Positions 1 to 14,050 of a DNA stretch of 30,677 nt are shown piece by piece. Both the position numbers and the translations under genes were made by a program. Origin of the DNA: Candidatus Micrarchaeia archaeon (GTDB lineage Archaea; Micrarchaeota; Micrarchaeia; Anstonellales; Anstonellaceae); NCBI GenBank assembly GCA_041671345.1, contig JBAZBT010000001.1, positions 1 through 30,677 of the forward strand, read 5' to 3'. The first letter of the stretch is position 1. Every line of letters begins with the position of its first letter. The notes below the pieces were generated by a model. That model ran no database searches. It had not been told where the DNA came from and saw nothing but the letters and a program-made list of their open reading frames with translations.

Positions 1-136
1 CCCCTTTCACAAGCGGGAAATATCCATGGCCCCGTCCGCGCGCAGGCACGTGCAAATTGTCCAGCGCGCCCGCCTGCACTAGCCTTACCCTCGCCCACTC
101 GGCTTCCTCTTGTTTCACCTTTGCGCAGAGCACCAT
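1..136 (-). CDS. 5' part of a probable Trm5/Taw2-type tRNA methyltransferase (runs off the window)
   Basis: Manual translation MVLCAKVKQEEAEWARVRLVQAGALDNLHVPARGRGHGYFPLVKG resembles the N-terminal D1 domain of archaeal Trm5 (xxKVxxxxAExxRxxLxxxGxLD...YFP); AT-rich promoter-like region at 158-175. The catalytic domain is not visible. Confidence 0.5.
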   Translation of the reverse strand, partial: MVLCAKVKQEEAEWARVRLVQAGALDNLHVPARGRGHGYFPLVKG

Positions 137-218
137 ACGCTTCCTTCCCCCTCCAGCTTTTATAATAATGCTCATCATGAAAGATACTTTTTTATAACCA
201 TTCTATAAGAATGGCAAC

Positions 219-848
219 ATGCTCAAGCTGAACATTTTCCACCCGAAGCGCGCACTGCCCCCTGCGCAGGCGTTTTCAAAAGCCGAGAAGGACAGGCAGG
301 AGGCAAGGGAAAATCTGCAGGATGCTGGCAGAATTCTTAAAAGCGCAAAGCAAGATGCCAGCGCAGAATCAGGCTCCATCTGGCTGGCTTTCGGCAATCC
401 AAAAAAAGACGCGAACAGCCTGTCCGTGGCAATCAGGCAATTCCATAAGGCATTTTCCCTCTCCCCTGCCAGCGCTGACTTTGTATTTGGCGATTATATC
501 TCGGTGTGCATCCTGCTTGCTCATGCCGATTTCCAGCGCGGCAAGCGTTCCAGGTCCCACCGGGAGTTGTCAAGCGCCATCCGCATGGCTGAAAATGCCC
601 TCAAGAGGGACATCCCTGAAGCCACTGCCGATTCCCTGCAGAAATACCTTATAGACGCCTACGTATTGCGGGCTTCGTGCGCGGAACGCCTCCTGGCGAA
701 TGATTCATTTTTCATTGATGCGCTGCAGCCTGCCATTGACCGCGCAGCCGCAGTCAAGCTGCTCCGCTCCATAGGCGAAATCGACGCCGCAGCCAGGCTT
801 GAAGAGTTCAATGCCCGCAATATACTGCGCCAAACCGGATTCATTTAG
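219..848 (+). CDS. hypothetical alpha-helical (TPR-like) protein, 209 aa
   Basis: ORF with TTTTATAA box at about 189-196 upstream; helical A/L-rich pattern; stop overlaps the leuS stop (convergent). Confidence 0.6.
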   Translation: MLKLNIFHPKRALPPAQAFSKAEKDRQEARENLQDAGRILKSAKQDASAESGSIWLAFGNPKKDANSLSVAIRQFHKAFSLSPASADFVFGDYISVCILLAHADFQRGKRSRSHRELSSAIRMAENALKRDIPEATADSLQKYLIDAYVLRASCAERLLANDSFFIDALQPAIDRAAAVKLLRSIGEIDAAARLEEFNARNILRQTGFI

Positions 849-3651
849 CTTATCATTATGGATGGCTTCCCAGGCAGGGCGAACTTCGCCTTGGGCACAT
901 TTGACTTTTCCTCAAGCAGCACGCTTACAACGCATCCCAGCTCGTCCTCAAGCAGCTTCTTTCCCGACAGGAGCGCAGCCATCTCGGCTTCCGCGCTTTC
1001 AGTGTCCCCCAAGTCTCCCGCATTCTTCATGTAAGCCATCAGCACTTTCGCAACTTCCGCAGCGTGCGGCTTGATTTCCGCATCCGCCATCGCAGCCTTC
1101 ATGGCAACATCGAACTTGCGCTCTTGCGCGGCAATCCCGCGCAGCTTCCGCTTCCACGAGGCAGCGACAAACAGCTGCACGCTTGCGGGCTTTTCCTTCC
1201 TGATGAGCTTGAGTATGGCGCCTATGTCCTCCCTCACGCGCAGTATGTAATCTTCCGCAGCCTCCAGCTTCCCATCCACCCTCTTCCCGTCGCCTTCCGG
1301 CAGCCCGGCAACCGCCACGAACGGCGCCTCCTTCACATAATGCTTACTGCCGAGCTTCTGCCACATCTCCTCGGAAAAGTGCGGCACAATGGGCGCGACA
1401 AGCGGCACCACATCTCGAAAAATTCTCGCAGCTGCGGCTTTTGCGCGCGCTTGAGGTACCACTGCAGGTCATTGAAAGTGTTGTAAAGCAATTCCAAGGA
1501 AAGCTCGCGCAGCTGGAAATTCTCATACATGGCAGGCGCAGCGAGCGCGCGCTTGTGCATGCGCGAAAGCAGCCACTTGTCGGCAATGTCATGCCCGTCC
1601 CTATTTGCCGCGCCTTCTCCATCTCCTATGCCATGCGCTGCATCATCATCCTTTGCCTTCGCATACTTCTCCATAGTCTCTTGCATGAACCTCAAGCGGG
1701 AAAGCACTCCCTCCACCGCAGGGCGGTTGAAGTCGGTGTCGGATGACAAATCCGCGCCGGAGACCACCACGAAGCGAATCGCGTCCGCGCCGAACTGCTT
1801 CACCGCCGCGCGGATGGGGATGATATTGCCCATGGACTTGCTCATCTTCTTGCCGTCCATCAGCACGAATCCGTTTGTCACAATCTGGCGCGGCCACATC
1901 TCGCGCGGGAAAATCGCCACATGGTTGAAGATAAGGAACGTGAGGTGGTTATGCACCAAATCCGTGGCAGAATGCCTGGAATCCAGCGGGTACCAGTAGG
2001 AAAATTCCTTGCGCATTTCCTTTGCCTGCGCAGGAAGGCCGCCCGCCTCCCCCTTGCCTAGGAACACGTAATCAAACAGCTTTTCCGTGAGCTCCTCCGG
2101 CTTCATCTTCATTGCAATGTGCGAAACCGCATAGAATGCCATGTAGATGGTGGAGTCGGACAGCGCCTCAATCATCTTCGTCCTGTCCAGCGGGAAGCGC
2201 GTCCCCAATCCCGCGGAGCGCGTGCACGCCTTCTGCTTGAGCCACTCTATCGTATACTCATATTCATGGCGCGTCTTCTGCGGAAGTATATTCATGCCAG
2301 CCAGGCACTCGCGCACCCTTGCCTTCCACTTCTCGTCGCCATAGTCTATGAACCACTGGTCGCGCACTATTTTCACGCCCACCAGGCCGCCGAAGCGGGA
2401 ATAAATGGGGGAATTTGAAATCTCATACATGGCAAGCGCGCTCCCTTCGCTAATCATCTTTGCGCGTATCTTCTCCTTTGCCTCCATCCCTAGCATGCCC
2501 GCAAACTCGCCCACAGCCATCACGCCTGCGTGCGCCTCCTTCTTGTAAAGCTCGGCAGTCGCCTCTTCAGCCCTGGGGTCTGCCTGCGACTTCACGCCCA
2601 TCCTTTCCACAAGCTCCTTTGCAGGGAACGAGCCAAAGCCTGAAAGCGTGAGCACCTGCGCCATCTTCACCTTTCCTTCCAAGCCGGCGTCGCGGAGCGC
2701 AAGATAGTCCTTGGGCGCATGCGCAGGCACGGACATCACCACGCCCGTGCCGTGCTTGGGGTCCACAAACGTCGCGGGGAATATTGGGAGAGCGGCGTTG
2801 GTGAGCGGGTTTTTCGCACTCTTTTTCATCATCTCTTTCGCGCTCATCTCGCCTTGCACAGAATGCGGCATCTGCATGGAAAGCGTGCCAGCCGCCTCTT
2901 TCGCTATATAATATATGTTGCCGCTTGCTTCAGCCTTCACTTTCACATATGTTGCGGACGGATTCACCCAGATATTCGTAACGCCATAGATAGTCTCAGG
3001 CCGATAAGTGGCGCACACCAGCTTGCCGTCTTCAAACGGGAAAAGCACGCCCGTGATTTCCTCTATCTGCGGGTCCAAATCCCCTTTCGTGTCATGCGCG
3101 CCAATCGCGGTCTGCCCAATGGGGCACCACGGCACAGGGTGCTCTCCTTTAGTAATATAGCCTGCAGCGGCAAGCGCAGCAAAATGCCACTCTATGAACT
3201 TGTTGAACTGCGCGTCGTACGAGTAGAACTTGCGGCGCCAGTCAATGGAATAGCCCATCTCGCGCATGCCAGCCTCGATTTCGCGCGAAAAGTACGCGAC
3301 AAGCTCGCGCGGGTCAGTCAAGCCCGCGGAAACATCGCGCGGAATGCCATATATCTTTTCAAATATTCCCAGGATTTCCTCGTCCTTCTCGGCAATCCTT
3401 TTCGCCATTGCAAGAATCGGCGTGCCAGTGACGTGGAAGCCCATGGGGAAAAGCACGTTCTTCCCGCGCATCCTCTGGTAGCGCGCGTAAATGTCCGTGG
3501 TGGTGTAGGTCCTTCCATGCCCTATGTGCTGGGGCGAATTGGGGTAGGGGAATGCCGCGGTGAGGTAGAACTTCTCCCCCTTCCCGGCAGCAGGCGCGAA
3601 CACGCCTGCCTCCTGCCACTTCCTCTGCCATTTCACGTCAAGGTCGTGCAT
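845..3651 (-). CDS. leuS: leucyl-tRNA synthetase, archaeal type, interrupted by a -1 frameshift at about 1408
   Basis: HIGH motif (PQHIGH), KMSKS and editing domain in ORF 1333..3651; the anticodon-binding/C-terminal part (VPLVAPIVPHFSEEMW...ALPGKPSI) continues in ORF 845..1462. Confidence 0.95.
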
Positions 3652-3730
3652 GCATCTGTTCTCTTGGAAAAAGAATAAAAAGCACCCGCGCGCGTTCCCC
3701 CTGCCCGCTTTCCTGCCCGAGCCAGCCCGC

Positions 3731-5221
3731 CTACAACCTCCCCTTCCTGCTTATCTTCGACATCAGCTTGCGCCCGCCATCCTTCACTATCTCCCCTGTC
3801 GCGGCAAAACCCTCGCGCAGCATCTCGCCCGAGCCCTCGGTGCCCCTGCTTACAATCTTCCGCGTGAAGTCCCAGCCGTCCATCACGTGCGCGACCGCGC
3901 CCTGCGTGGGGTAGACCGCCACGAGCTTGAATATCATCGCGCGGTCGGCAGTTGTATTGGCGATTTCCTTGCTTGAGGCAAGGTGCGGGGTGAATGCGAG
4001 CGCGACTGCCAGCCTCATCGCCCCCGACAGCAGGAACACAAGCAATATGCCTGAGAAGCCAAGCAGTCCCGCGCCCGGGTACGCCATGAGGAAATAGCCG
4101 CCGGCAAGCGCGCCAGCGGCGTTCGCGATGCACGAGAACGCGTTGTATTTCGAGATGAACGACGGGCGAAGCTCCCTGCTCACAAGCGAGAGCGACGAGT
4201 TGAAGATGGACAGGTCATATCCCGCCCAGATGAAGCCCGAGAAAACCTGGAAGAGCGCCAGCATCCAGACGTCGCCGGAAAAAAGCCAGAGGAGCGGCAC
4301 GAGCGGCGCCATGAAGGCGGTGGTGATAAGCACCGTCCTGTTCGAGAAGCGGTCTATCGCCTTGCCCCAGTACGGGAAGCAGATTATCTTGGTGATTATC
4401 GAAATCGCAGTGAGGATGCCCAGCATCCCGACGTCCATCCCAAGGTCATGGAGCATGTATGGCGTGAAGAACGGGGAGGAGAACTGCACCGCGAAATTCA
4501 TGAGCGCGACGAACGCCAGGAACCACAGCTCGTTCTTGTAGGATGGCAGCAGGAACAGGTGCTTCATCTTTATCTCGTTCATGAGCTTGATTTCGTATGG
4601 CACGCCCGCGGTCCTTGCATGGAAAATCACGGTGGCCGCGCGCGCTGCGAACGACGCGCAGAAAACAATGCCGAATGCCGCCGCGGCTGCCACGTGCAGC
4701 TGCAGCTGCCCCACCATGATGCCTCCCCCGAACGTGGCCGCGAACAGCATCACCTGCATGAGGCGGTTCCTGTTGGCAAAAAAGCGCGCGCGGTCGTTCT
4801 GCTCCACGATGTCCGCAACCCAGCTCGACCACACCGGGTTTATCAGAAGCGAGGTGCCTGCGCCAAGCGAGAAGAAGAATATTATGAGCGGCACGGAATA
4901 GGCATTCGGCCACAGGAGAAGGGCAATCACCGGCAGCCAGGTGAGCGCCTGGAAAGCGGAGCCCGCCATCACCAAAAGCTTCCTGTCCTTCGCAAGCCGC
5001 AGGGCGGACAGCGAGAAGGCCTGCGCAATGCCGCCGAAAAGCTGGGGCAGCGCGGTCAGCATGCCTATCCAGAAGTTCGTCGCGCCCAAAAACACGAGCG
5101 CCGCGGGCAGGTATGCGTCGCCAAGCCCGGCCATCACGGAATAAGCCATGCCGTCCGCGGTGATGTTCCCCATCGACCCCTTTCTCTGCTCAAAGCTGAG
5201 GTTGCCGGATTTTTCTTCCAT
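3731..5221 (-). CDS. MFS transporter (about 12 TM), 496 aa
   Basis: Two hydrophobic 6-TM halves with loop motif WGKAIDRFSNR. Start chosen at MEEKSG (5221); the ORF track extends to 5302. Confidence 0.85.
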   Translation of the reverse strand: MEEKSGNLSFEQRKGSMGNITADGMAYSVMAGLGDAYLPAALVFLGATNFWIGMLTALPQLFGGIAQAFSLSALRLAKDRKLLVMAGSAFQALTWLPVIALLLWPNAYSVPLIIFFFSLGAGTSLLINPVWSSWVADIVEQNDRARFFANRNRLMQVMLFAATFGGGIMVGQLQLHVAAAAAFGIVFCASFAARAATVIFHARTAGVPYEIKLMNEIKMKHLFLLPSYKNELWFLAFVALMNFAVQFSSPFFTPYMLHDLGMDVGMLGILTAISIITKIICFPYWGKAIDRFSNRTVLITTAFMAPLVPLLWLFSGDVWMLALFQVFSGFIWAGYDLSIFNSSLSLVSRELRPSFISKYNAFSCIANAAGALAGGYFLMAYPGAGLLGFSGILLVFLLSGAMRLAVALAFTPHLASSKEIANTTADRAMIFKLVAVYPTQGAVAHVMDGWDFTRKIVSRGTEGSGEMLREGFAATGEIVKDGGRKLMSKISRKGRL

Positions 5222-5281
5222 TTGCGTCGCCGCGTGCCATTTCTGCAAAAAGATTAATAAGGCGGGCTGAGAATGGGTGGC

Positions 5282-5713
5282 ATGGACCTGAAGTTCCGGC
5301 ACGCGCTCTTTGCGGCCGGCGCCGCGCTCATCGCCATCGGCGCCCTTTCGCTCATCGCGGACGTCCTTTCCTCCGCGCCAGACCCGGGCGCGCTCGAGGC
5401 GTTCTCAAGGGGGTTTGACACGATTTTCGTCGCCATGTTCTCCGGGGTGCTCATCGGCATAGGCATTGCGCTTGTGGGCAACGGGTTTGTCCTGCACCTG
5501 CTGGGCAACAAGAAGCACATCCTCCTATGCGCGCTCTTTTCCATCCTGTTCCTCTCGCTTTCCACGCTTTCGGTCCTCTTCCGCGACTCCAGCCCGCTTC
5601 TCGCCATTGTCTCATTTTTCACCTTCCTCTCGGCGTCCGGAGCCTTCCTCGCCACCGCCCTCTGGTATGCGCTCTCCAGCGCCGCGCGGAAGTACATCCT
5701 CGAAATAAAGTAG
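5282..5713 (+). CDS. hypothetical 4-TM membrane protein
   Basis: Four hydrophobic stretches; GC3-rich coding pattern. Confidence 0.7.
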   Translation: MDLKFRHALFAAGAALIAIGALSLIADVLSSAPDPGALEAFSRGFDTIFVAMFSGVLIGIGIALVGNGFVLHLLGNKKHILLCALFSILFLSLSTLSVLFRDSSPLLAIVSFFTFLSASGAFLATALWYALSSAARKYILEIK

Positions 5714-5741
5714 GCTGCGCCCCCCTTAGTCCGGCATGTGC

Positions 5742-5792
5742 CATTTTTCGGCGAACCGAAAAATGCATATGCAAAGTGCATCGCACTTTGCA
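5742..5792. repeat. two adjacent perfect 10-bp hairpins
   Basis: CATTTTTCGG-cgaa-CCGAAAAATG (5742-5765) and TGCAAAGTGC-atc-GCACTTTGCA (5770-5792). Confidence 0.8.
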
Positions 5793-5852
5793 CACCGCCC
5801 AAACCCCCCCGGCTGCAGCAACCTATTTAACCTCCCCATCCAAATTTTTGCC

Positions 5853-6347
5853 ATGCGCCGCACAGACACGCACAAATGCACCGGCAATTCCCTCCATCAC
5901 TGGCACAAGGTGAGAAACCCATTGCGCGTCTGCATCAATTTCCTTCTCATCTACGCCGCGCGCTATTCCCCCTCGCTCTCGCTCAAGCGCTTCCTGCTGC
6001 GCGCGGCAGGCGCGCGCGTGGAGCGCGGCGCGGCGTTCGGCCTGGGCGCCACCATCGACATTTTCTTCCCTGAAAACATCAGCGTGGGGCAGGGCGCCAT
6101 CATCGGCTACAACACCGTGCTTTTGGGGCACGAGTTTCTTCAGGGGGAATACCGCACCGGCAAGGCGGAAATTGCGCGCGGAGCAATGCTCGGGGCGAAC
6201 TGCACCGTGCTTCCTGGCGTCAAGGTGGGCGCGGGCGCCTCGGTGTCAGCCATGTCGCTGGTGAACCGCGACATTCCGGCAGGCGAAACGTGGGGCGGCG
6301 TTCCAGCCAGGAGAATCAGCGCCCGCCCTGGGAAAAGGGGCGATTGA
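5853..6347 (+). CDS. left-handed beta-helix O-acetyltransferase, YvoF-like
   Basis: MRRT...NSL..W...N.LRV..NF..I..ARYSPSLSLK...DIFFPENISVG..AIIGYNT.LL.HEFL..EYR.G matches my recollection of Bacillus YvoF; hexapeptide repeats; TATTTAA at 5824-5830. Confidence 0.8.
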   Translation: MRRTDTHKCTGNSLHHWHKVRNPLRVCINFLLIYAARYSPSLSLKRFLLRAAGARVERGAAFGLGATIDIFFPENISVGQGAIIGYNTVLLGHEFLQGEYRTGKAEIARGAMLGANCTVLPGVKVGAGASVSAMSLVNRDIPAGETWGGVPARRISARPGKRGD

Positions 6348-6947
6348 ATGAAGCACGGCATCGACTCGGCCCTTTTCCTGATTGCCATATCGCTCAACCT
6401 GCTTGCCATCTATTTTGGCGCCAATGTCTATGCCGACCAGTTCGCGCTGCATCCACCCTACCTTGCCATCTTCGTGCCCGACTGCCCGCTCTATGCCTTT
6501 CTTGCGCTCCTGATAATCCTGGGCGCGGTGAAAAACGACCTCTTCTCATTCATCGTGTCAATCGGCATGGTGAAATACGGGCTTTGGACCGTCTTCGTGC
6601 TTTTCTTCCACTCTGGCTACTATTTTGCGCCGGGCCTGTTCAACATCTCAGCCATATTCGTGCTCGGGCACATCGGCATGGCGCTGGAGGGGCTCGCGCT
6701 CCTTCCCAAAAAGCAGCTCGCGCTGCCGGCGCTTGCGCTGGCCATGGGCTGGTTCCTCCTGAACGACTTCTCGGACTACTTTTTGGGGACAGTGCCGCTC
6801 ATCCCGCCTGGCGGGCTGGACACATTGCGCAACCTCACCATCGCATCGAGCATCCTGCTTCCGCTCGCGATTTTCGCATTTTCAGCGGGGATAGGCAAGA
6901 ACGCGCTTGTCGCCTGGCTGAGGCGCATCCTTTTCAGGGCGGGCTGA
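6348..6947 (+). CDS. DUF1405 (YpjA-like) membrane protein
   Basis: Motifs IFVPDCP, KYGLW and GHIGMALEG; ATG directly abuts the upstream TGA. Confidence 0.75.
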   Translation: MKHGIDSALFLIAISLNLLAIYFGANVYADQFALHPPYLAIFVPDCPLYAFLALLIILGAVKNDLFSFIVSIGMVKYGLWTVFVLFFHSGYYFAPGLFNISAIFVLGHIGMALEGLALLPKKQLALPALALAMGWFLLNDFSDYFLGTVPLIPPGGLDTLRNLTIASSILLPLAIFAFSAGIGKNALVAWLRRILFRAG

Positions 6948-7095
6948 TGCTCTTGCCTTTCAGGGGCGGCTAGCCCTGCATGAAAAATAAAGGGGCAAGG
7001 AAGCGAAAAAGCCAGGCTTAAGGAATAAATGAAAAAGGAAAACAAGGCAAGGGAAAAAACAGAGAAAACAGGAAAAAATGAAAAAGGAAAGGCGG

Positions 7096-7572
7096 CTACT
7101 TTTTCTTTCCCTTCCTTGCCCCGTCCGGGCTGGCCAGCCCCTGCATCTTCCACGCGCTGAATGCCACTATGGCAATTGAGGCGAGCAGGAGGGGCATGGA
7201 CCACTCTATGAGCAGTATCTCTGTGTTTATCGCCGAAAGTTCCATCTCGGACAGGGCTTTCCTTCCCTGGAGGATGTCTGACACCGCCTTGGTGTATGCC
7301 GGCACTTCCGCCCTGTCCACAACATTGCCGATGAACGGCACTGCCGCAAGCTGGGTGGCTGACTTGTCGACACTTGCCACGAACGCCTGCACGCTGGAGT
7401 ATGCCGCGGAGTGCGTTATGTCATATGTGGTCTGGGCATACCCTCTCATGCTGACCAGCTGATTGTAGGTGGGGCCCATCGCGACCTGGATGGCTCCGAA
7501 CAGAAGCGCGCTTGCCAGGAAGAATCCCATGAGCAAGCCGTAGCAGAATTTTTTGTCATTGCAGCATTCCAT
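7096..7572 (-). CDS. hypothetical membrane protein (N- and C-terminal TM helices), 158 aa
   Basis: ORF from MECCNDKK; two hydrophobic segments; lies downstream of gyrA on the same strand. Confidence 0.7.
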   Translation of the reverse strand: MECCNDKKFCYGLLMGFFLASALLFGAIQVAMGPTYNQLVSMRGYAQTTYDITHSAAYSSVQAFVASVDKSATQLAAVPFIGNVVDRAEVPAYTKAVSDILQGRKALSEMELSAINTEILLIEWSMPLLLASIAIVAFSAWKMQGLASPDGARKGKKK

Positions 7573-7695
7573 CAAACAACCTCCTGGCCCGCGCGGGCCT
7601 TCTCTGAGGTGCATTCGGCGTCAAGCATAATAAGGCTTTTGTTTTTTCGCCTGTGGAAAAGCGCCGTGCGGCTAAGCAGCCATGCCGGCGGCCGC

Positions 7696-10302
7696 TCACG
7701 CGATTATGATCGGGGCAATGTCTTCCTTCTTTTCCTTCCCGCCCTTCTTCCCCTTCGCTTTCGCGCTTTCCGCTTCCTTTTGCGGAGGGGCTGGCGTTCC
7801 GTCGGGCCATGCGTGTTGTGCAGGCGGAGGTTTTGGCGGCTCGCCCTTTTTCATCCCGCTGCCTTCCCCGTTTTCTTCCGCATCCGCGGCGACCTTCTCA
7901 AGCGCGACCACTTTCTCGCCCTCGTCCAGCTTCATGAGCCGCACGCCGCCCGTGTTCCTGCCTATTATGCTGACGTCCTTCACGAACAGGCGTATCATCT
8001 TGCCGCCCGAGGAGACAAGCAGGAGCGAATCGGAATCCACCACCGGCGCGATTCCCACAACCTTGCCGTTCCTTCCGTGCGTCTTGATGTTGATGACGCC
8101 CTTGCCGCCTCGCGACTGCAGGCGGTACTCGGAAATGTCCGTCCTCTTGCCATACCCGTTCTCGGTCACAATCATGAGCGTTTCGGTCTCGTCCGTGGCC
8201 ATGCCGACAACTTCGTCCTTGTCCTCGAGGCGTATGCCTATCACGCCCTGCCCTGTCCTCCCTATCTCGCGCACGTCATCCTCCTTGAAGCGGATGGCAT
8301 TGCCTTCGGCTGTGGCGAGTATGAGCTCGCGCCTGCCGTCCGTCTTCTTGGCGTCGATGAGCGCGTCGCCGTCCTTGAGCGTGATTGCGATGATGCCCCC
8401 GTTCCTCGGGCGCGAATAGTCCGCCATGCTGCTCCGCTTCACGATGCCGTTCTTGGTGAGCATCACCAGGAATTCCTTGTCCGAGAAAGTGCGCGTCTTT
8501 ATCCATGCCGCGATTTTCTCGCCGGAAAGCGAAAGCAAATTCACTATCGCCTTGCCCATGGCATACCTTCCGCCCGTCGGTATCCTGTACACCTTGAGCC
8601 AGTGCACGTCCCCCTTGTCGGTGAAGAACAGCAGGTGGTCGTGGGTGGAGGCAAGCAAAATGTCCTTTATCTGGTCCTCCTCCTTCGTCTCGCTCCCGAT
8701 GACGCCCCTGCCTCCGCGCCTCTGCGCGCGGTACTCGGAAATCGGCACGCGCTTGATGTAGTCGTCCTGCGTGATTATGACCGCGACGTCCTCCTCCGCA
8801 ATGAGGTCTTCCATTTCCACCTCGCCGTCGTCGTCTATTATCTCCGTCCGGCGCTTGTCGCCGTACTTCTGCTTCACTTCGGACAGCTCCGCGCGTATCA
8901 GCCCGTATATCTTCCTCTCGTCCGCAAGCACCCCTGCAAGGTATTCAATCGTTTTCGAAAGCTCCGCGTCCTCGTCTTTGAGCTTCCCGGACTCGAGCGC
9001 GGACAGTTTCCGTATCTTCATCTCAAGTATCGCCTCTGCCTGCTTCTGGGAGAGCGAGAACTCGCGCATGAGCGCCTCAAGGGGCACTTTCGCGGTCTTC
9101 ACGGTCCTTATGATTGCGTCGATTTTCGCAACCGCCAAAAGCAGCCCCTCCACCAGGTGCTTCCTCTCCTGCGCCACGCGAAGCTCAAAAGCGCTCCTCC
9201 TCTTCACCACGGCCTTGCGGTGGGCAAGGAACTCGGTGAGGAGCTGCGGCATGGAAAGCGTCTTGGGCTCGTTGTTCACGAGCGCCAGGTTGTTTATGCA
9301 AAACGTCCCTTCAAGCTCCGTGTGCGCATAAAGCTGGTTGAGCACCACGTCGGCATTCGCATCCTTCTTGACGACTATCTCCACGTGCATGCCTTTCCTG
9401 TCCGACCTGTCCGCAATGTCCGCGATGCCCTCCAGCTTCTTGTCGCGCGCAAGCTCCGCCACGTGCTTGATGAATTCAGCCTTGTTCACCTGGTAGGGCA
9501 TTTCCGTTATCACAATCTGCGTTCTCTTCTCTTTTGCCGTAATGATTTCCGCCTTGCCTCTCACGCGGATTATCCCCCTGCCGGTGGAGTACGCATCCGC
9601 AATGCCCCGCCTGCCTACGATGTAACCTCCTGTCGGGAAGTCCGGGCCGGGTATGAGCGCGCGCAGCGCCTCCGGGGGCATGTCCGGCTTGTCAATCATG
9701 GCGACAAGCGCGTCCACCGTCTCCGACAGGTTGTGCGGCGCCATGTTGGTCGCCATGCCGACCGCAATGCCCGACGAGCCGTTCACGATGAGGTTGGGCA
9801 CGCTGCACGGCATCACCGTGGGCTCCTTGAGCGTGGCGTCGAAGTTCGGGGTGAAATTTACAGTCTCCTTTTCAATGTCAGTCAAAATCTCCTCTGCAAA
9901 CCTGGACAGCCTTGCCTCAGTGTACCTCATGGCGGCAGCCGCGTCCGCATCCACCGAGCCGAAATTCCCCTGCCCGTCCACGAGCATGTAGCGCATGGAA
10001 AAGTCCTGCGCCATCCTCACCATGGAGTCGTAAATCGCGACGTCGCCGTGCGGGTGGAATTTACCCAATACTTCCCCCACCACGCGCGCGGACTTCTTGT
10101 GCGGCTTGTCATGCGTGTTTGACAGCTCGTACATTGCGAAAAGAATCCTCCGGTGCACCGGCTTGAGCCCGTCGCGCACGTCCGGGAGCGCCCTGCCCAC
10201 TATCACCGACATGGCATAGTCTAGGTAGGAGGTGCGCATCTCCTTTTCCACTGCGCGCGGCAGTATCCTGCCGTGCTGGTATTCCCTGTTTTCGTCAGCC
10301 AT
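7696..10302 (-). CDS. gyrA: DNA gyrase subunit A
   Basis: FHPHGD, catalytic [11 protein letters not shown], GyrA-box QRRGGRG, six-blade CTD repeats; 64-aa Pro/Lys-rich tail. Confidence 0.97.
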   Translation of the reverse strand: MADENREYQHGRILPRAVEKEMRTSYLDYAMSVIVGRALPDVRDGLKPVHRRILFAMYELSNTHDKPHKKSARVVGEVLGKFHPHGDVAIYDSMVRMAQDFSMRYMLVDGQGNFGSVDADAAAAMRYTEARLSRFAEEILTDIEKETVNFTPNFDATLKEPTVMPCSVPNLIVNGSSGIAVGMATNMAPHNLSETVDALVAMIDKPDMPPEALRALIPGPDFPTGGYIVGRRGIADAYSTGRGIIRVRGKAEIITAKEKRTQIVITEMPYQVNKAEFIKHVAELARDKKLEGIADIADRSDRKGMHVEIVVKKDANADVVLNQLYAHTELEGTFCINNLALVNNEPKTLSMPQLLTEFLAHRKAVVKRRSAFELRVAQERKHLVEGLLLAVAKIDAIIRTVKTAKVPLEALMREFSLSQKQAEAILEMKIRKLSALESGKLKDEDAELSKTIEYLAGVLADERKIYGLIRAELSEVKQKYGDKRRTEIIDDDGEVEMEDLIAEEDVAVIITQDDYIKRVPISEYRAQRRGGRGVIGSETKEEDQIKDILLASTHDHLLFFTDKGDVHWLKVYRIPTGGRYAMGKAIVNLLSLSGEKIAAWIKTRTFSDKEFLVMLTKNGIVKRSSMADYSRPRNGGIIAITLKDGDALIDAKKTDGRRELILATAEGNAIRFKEDDVREIGRTGQGVIGIRLEDKDEVVGMATDETETLMIVTENGYGKRTDISEYRLQSRGGKGVINIKTHGRNGKVVGIAPVVDSDSLLLVSSGGKMIRLFVKDVSIIGRNTGGVRLMKLDEGEKVVALEKVAADAEENGEGSGMKKGEPPKPPPAQHAWPDGTPAPPQKEAESAKAKGKKGGKEKKEDIAPIIIA

Positions 10303-10362
10303 TCAAATTCCCCTAAGCATCAAATCCATTTTCTTCGCTTAGCCATCCCTGCATTCCAAACC

Positions 10363-13869
<3,507 letters not shown>

Positions 13870-14050
13870 CTACGACGTAAAATCAACACTATTGTTATCC
13901 CAAAATAGCTTTATATAGGTATGCCTGCCGCCATCCGTTTTCCATGCTGCCGAAACGGGCGCATTTCCTTCCCAAAAACCGTTTTGAACCCATCCGCATC
14001 ACCGCGGGAAATCCGCATTTGAGCCAAACGCTGGCATCCGCGCGCAAAAA

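Noticed and set aside
140-218. Possible stranded leuS 3' end (SIII-like codons)
   Set aside because: AT-rich promoter sequence; no stop alignment or significant identity.
845-1462. Naturally split alpha/beta LeuRS
   Set aside because: The downstream ORF has no credible start or SD, and the break overlaps mid-helix, which fits a frameshift.
3690-3730. Possible duplicated MFS 3' end (GCAGGAA...GG)
   Set aside because: Only a short GC-rich match with no in-frame stop correspondence.
7411-10122. 903-aa plus-strand ORF, and many similar overlapping ORFs opposite leuS, gyrB, nrdJ, pdxS and eif2g
   Set aside because: Antisense shadows of GC3-rich genes; no motifs, R/H/L-rich composition.
13931-14050. 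Recurring ATCCG(C) words and ORF 13944..14228
   Set aside because: Short, irregular matches; the ORF overlaps the antisense end of the TPR gene and has no features.
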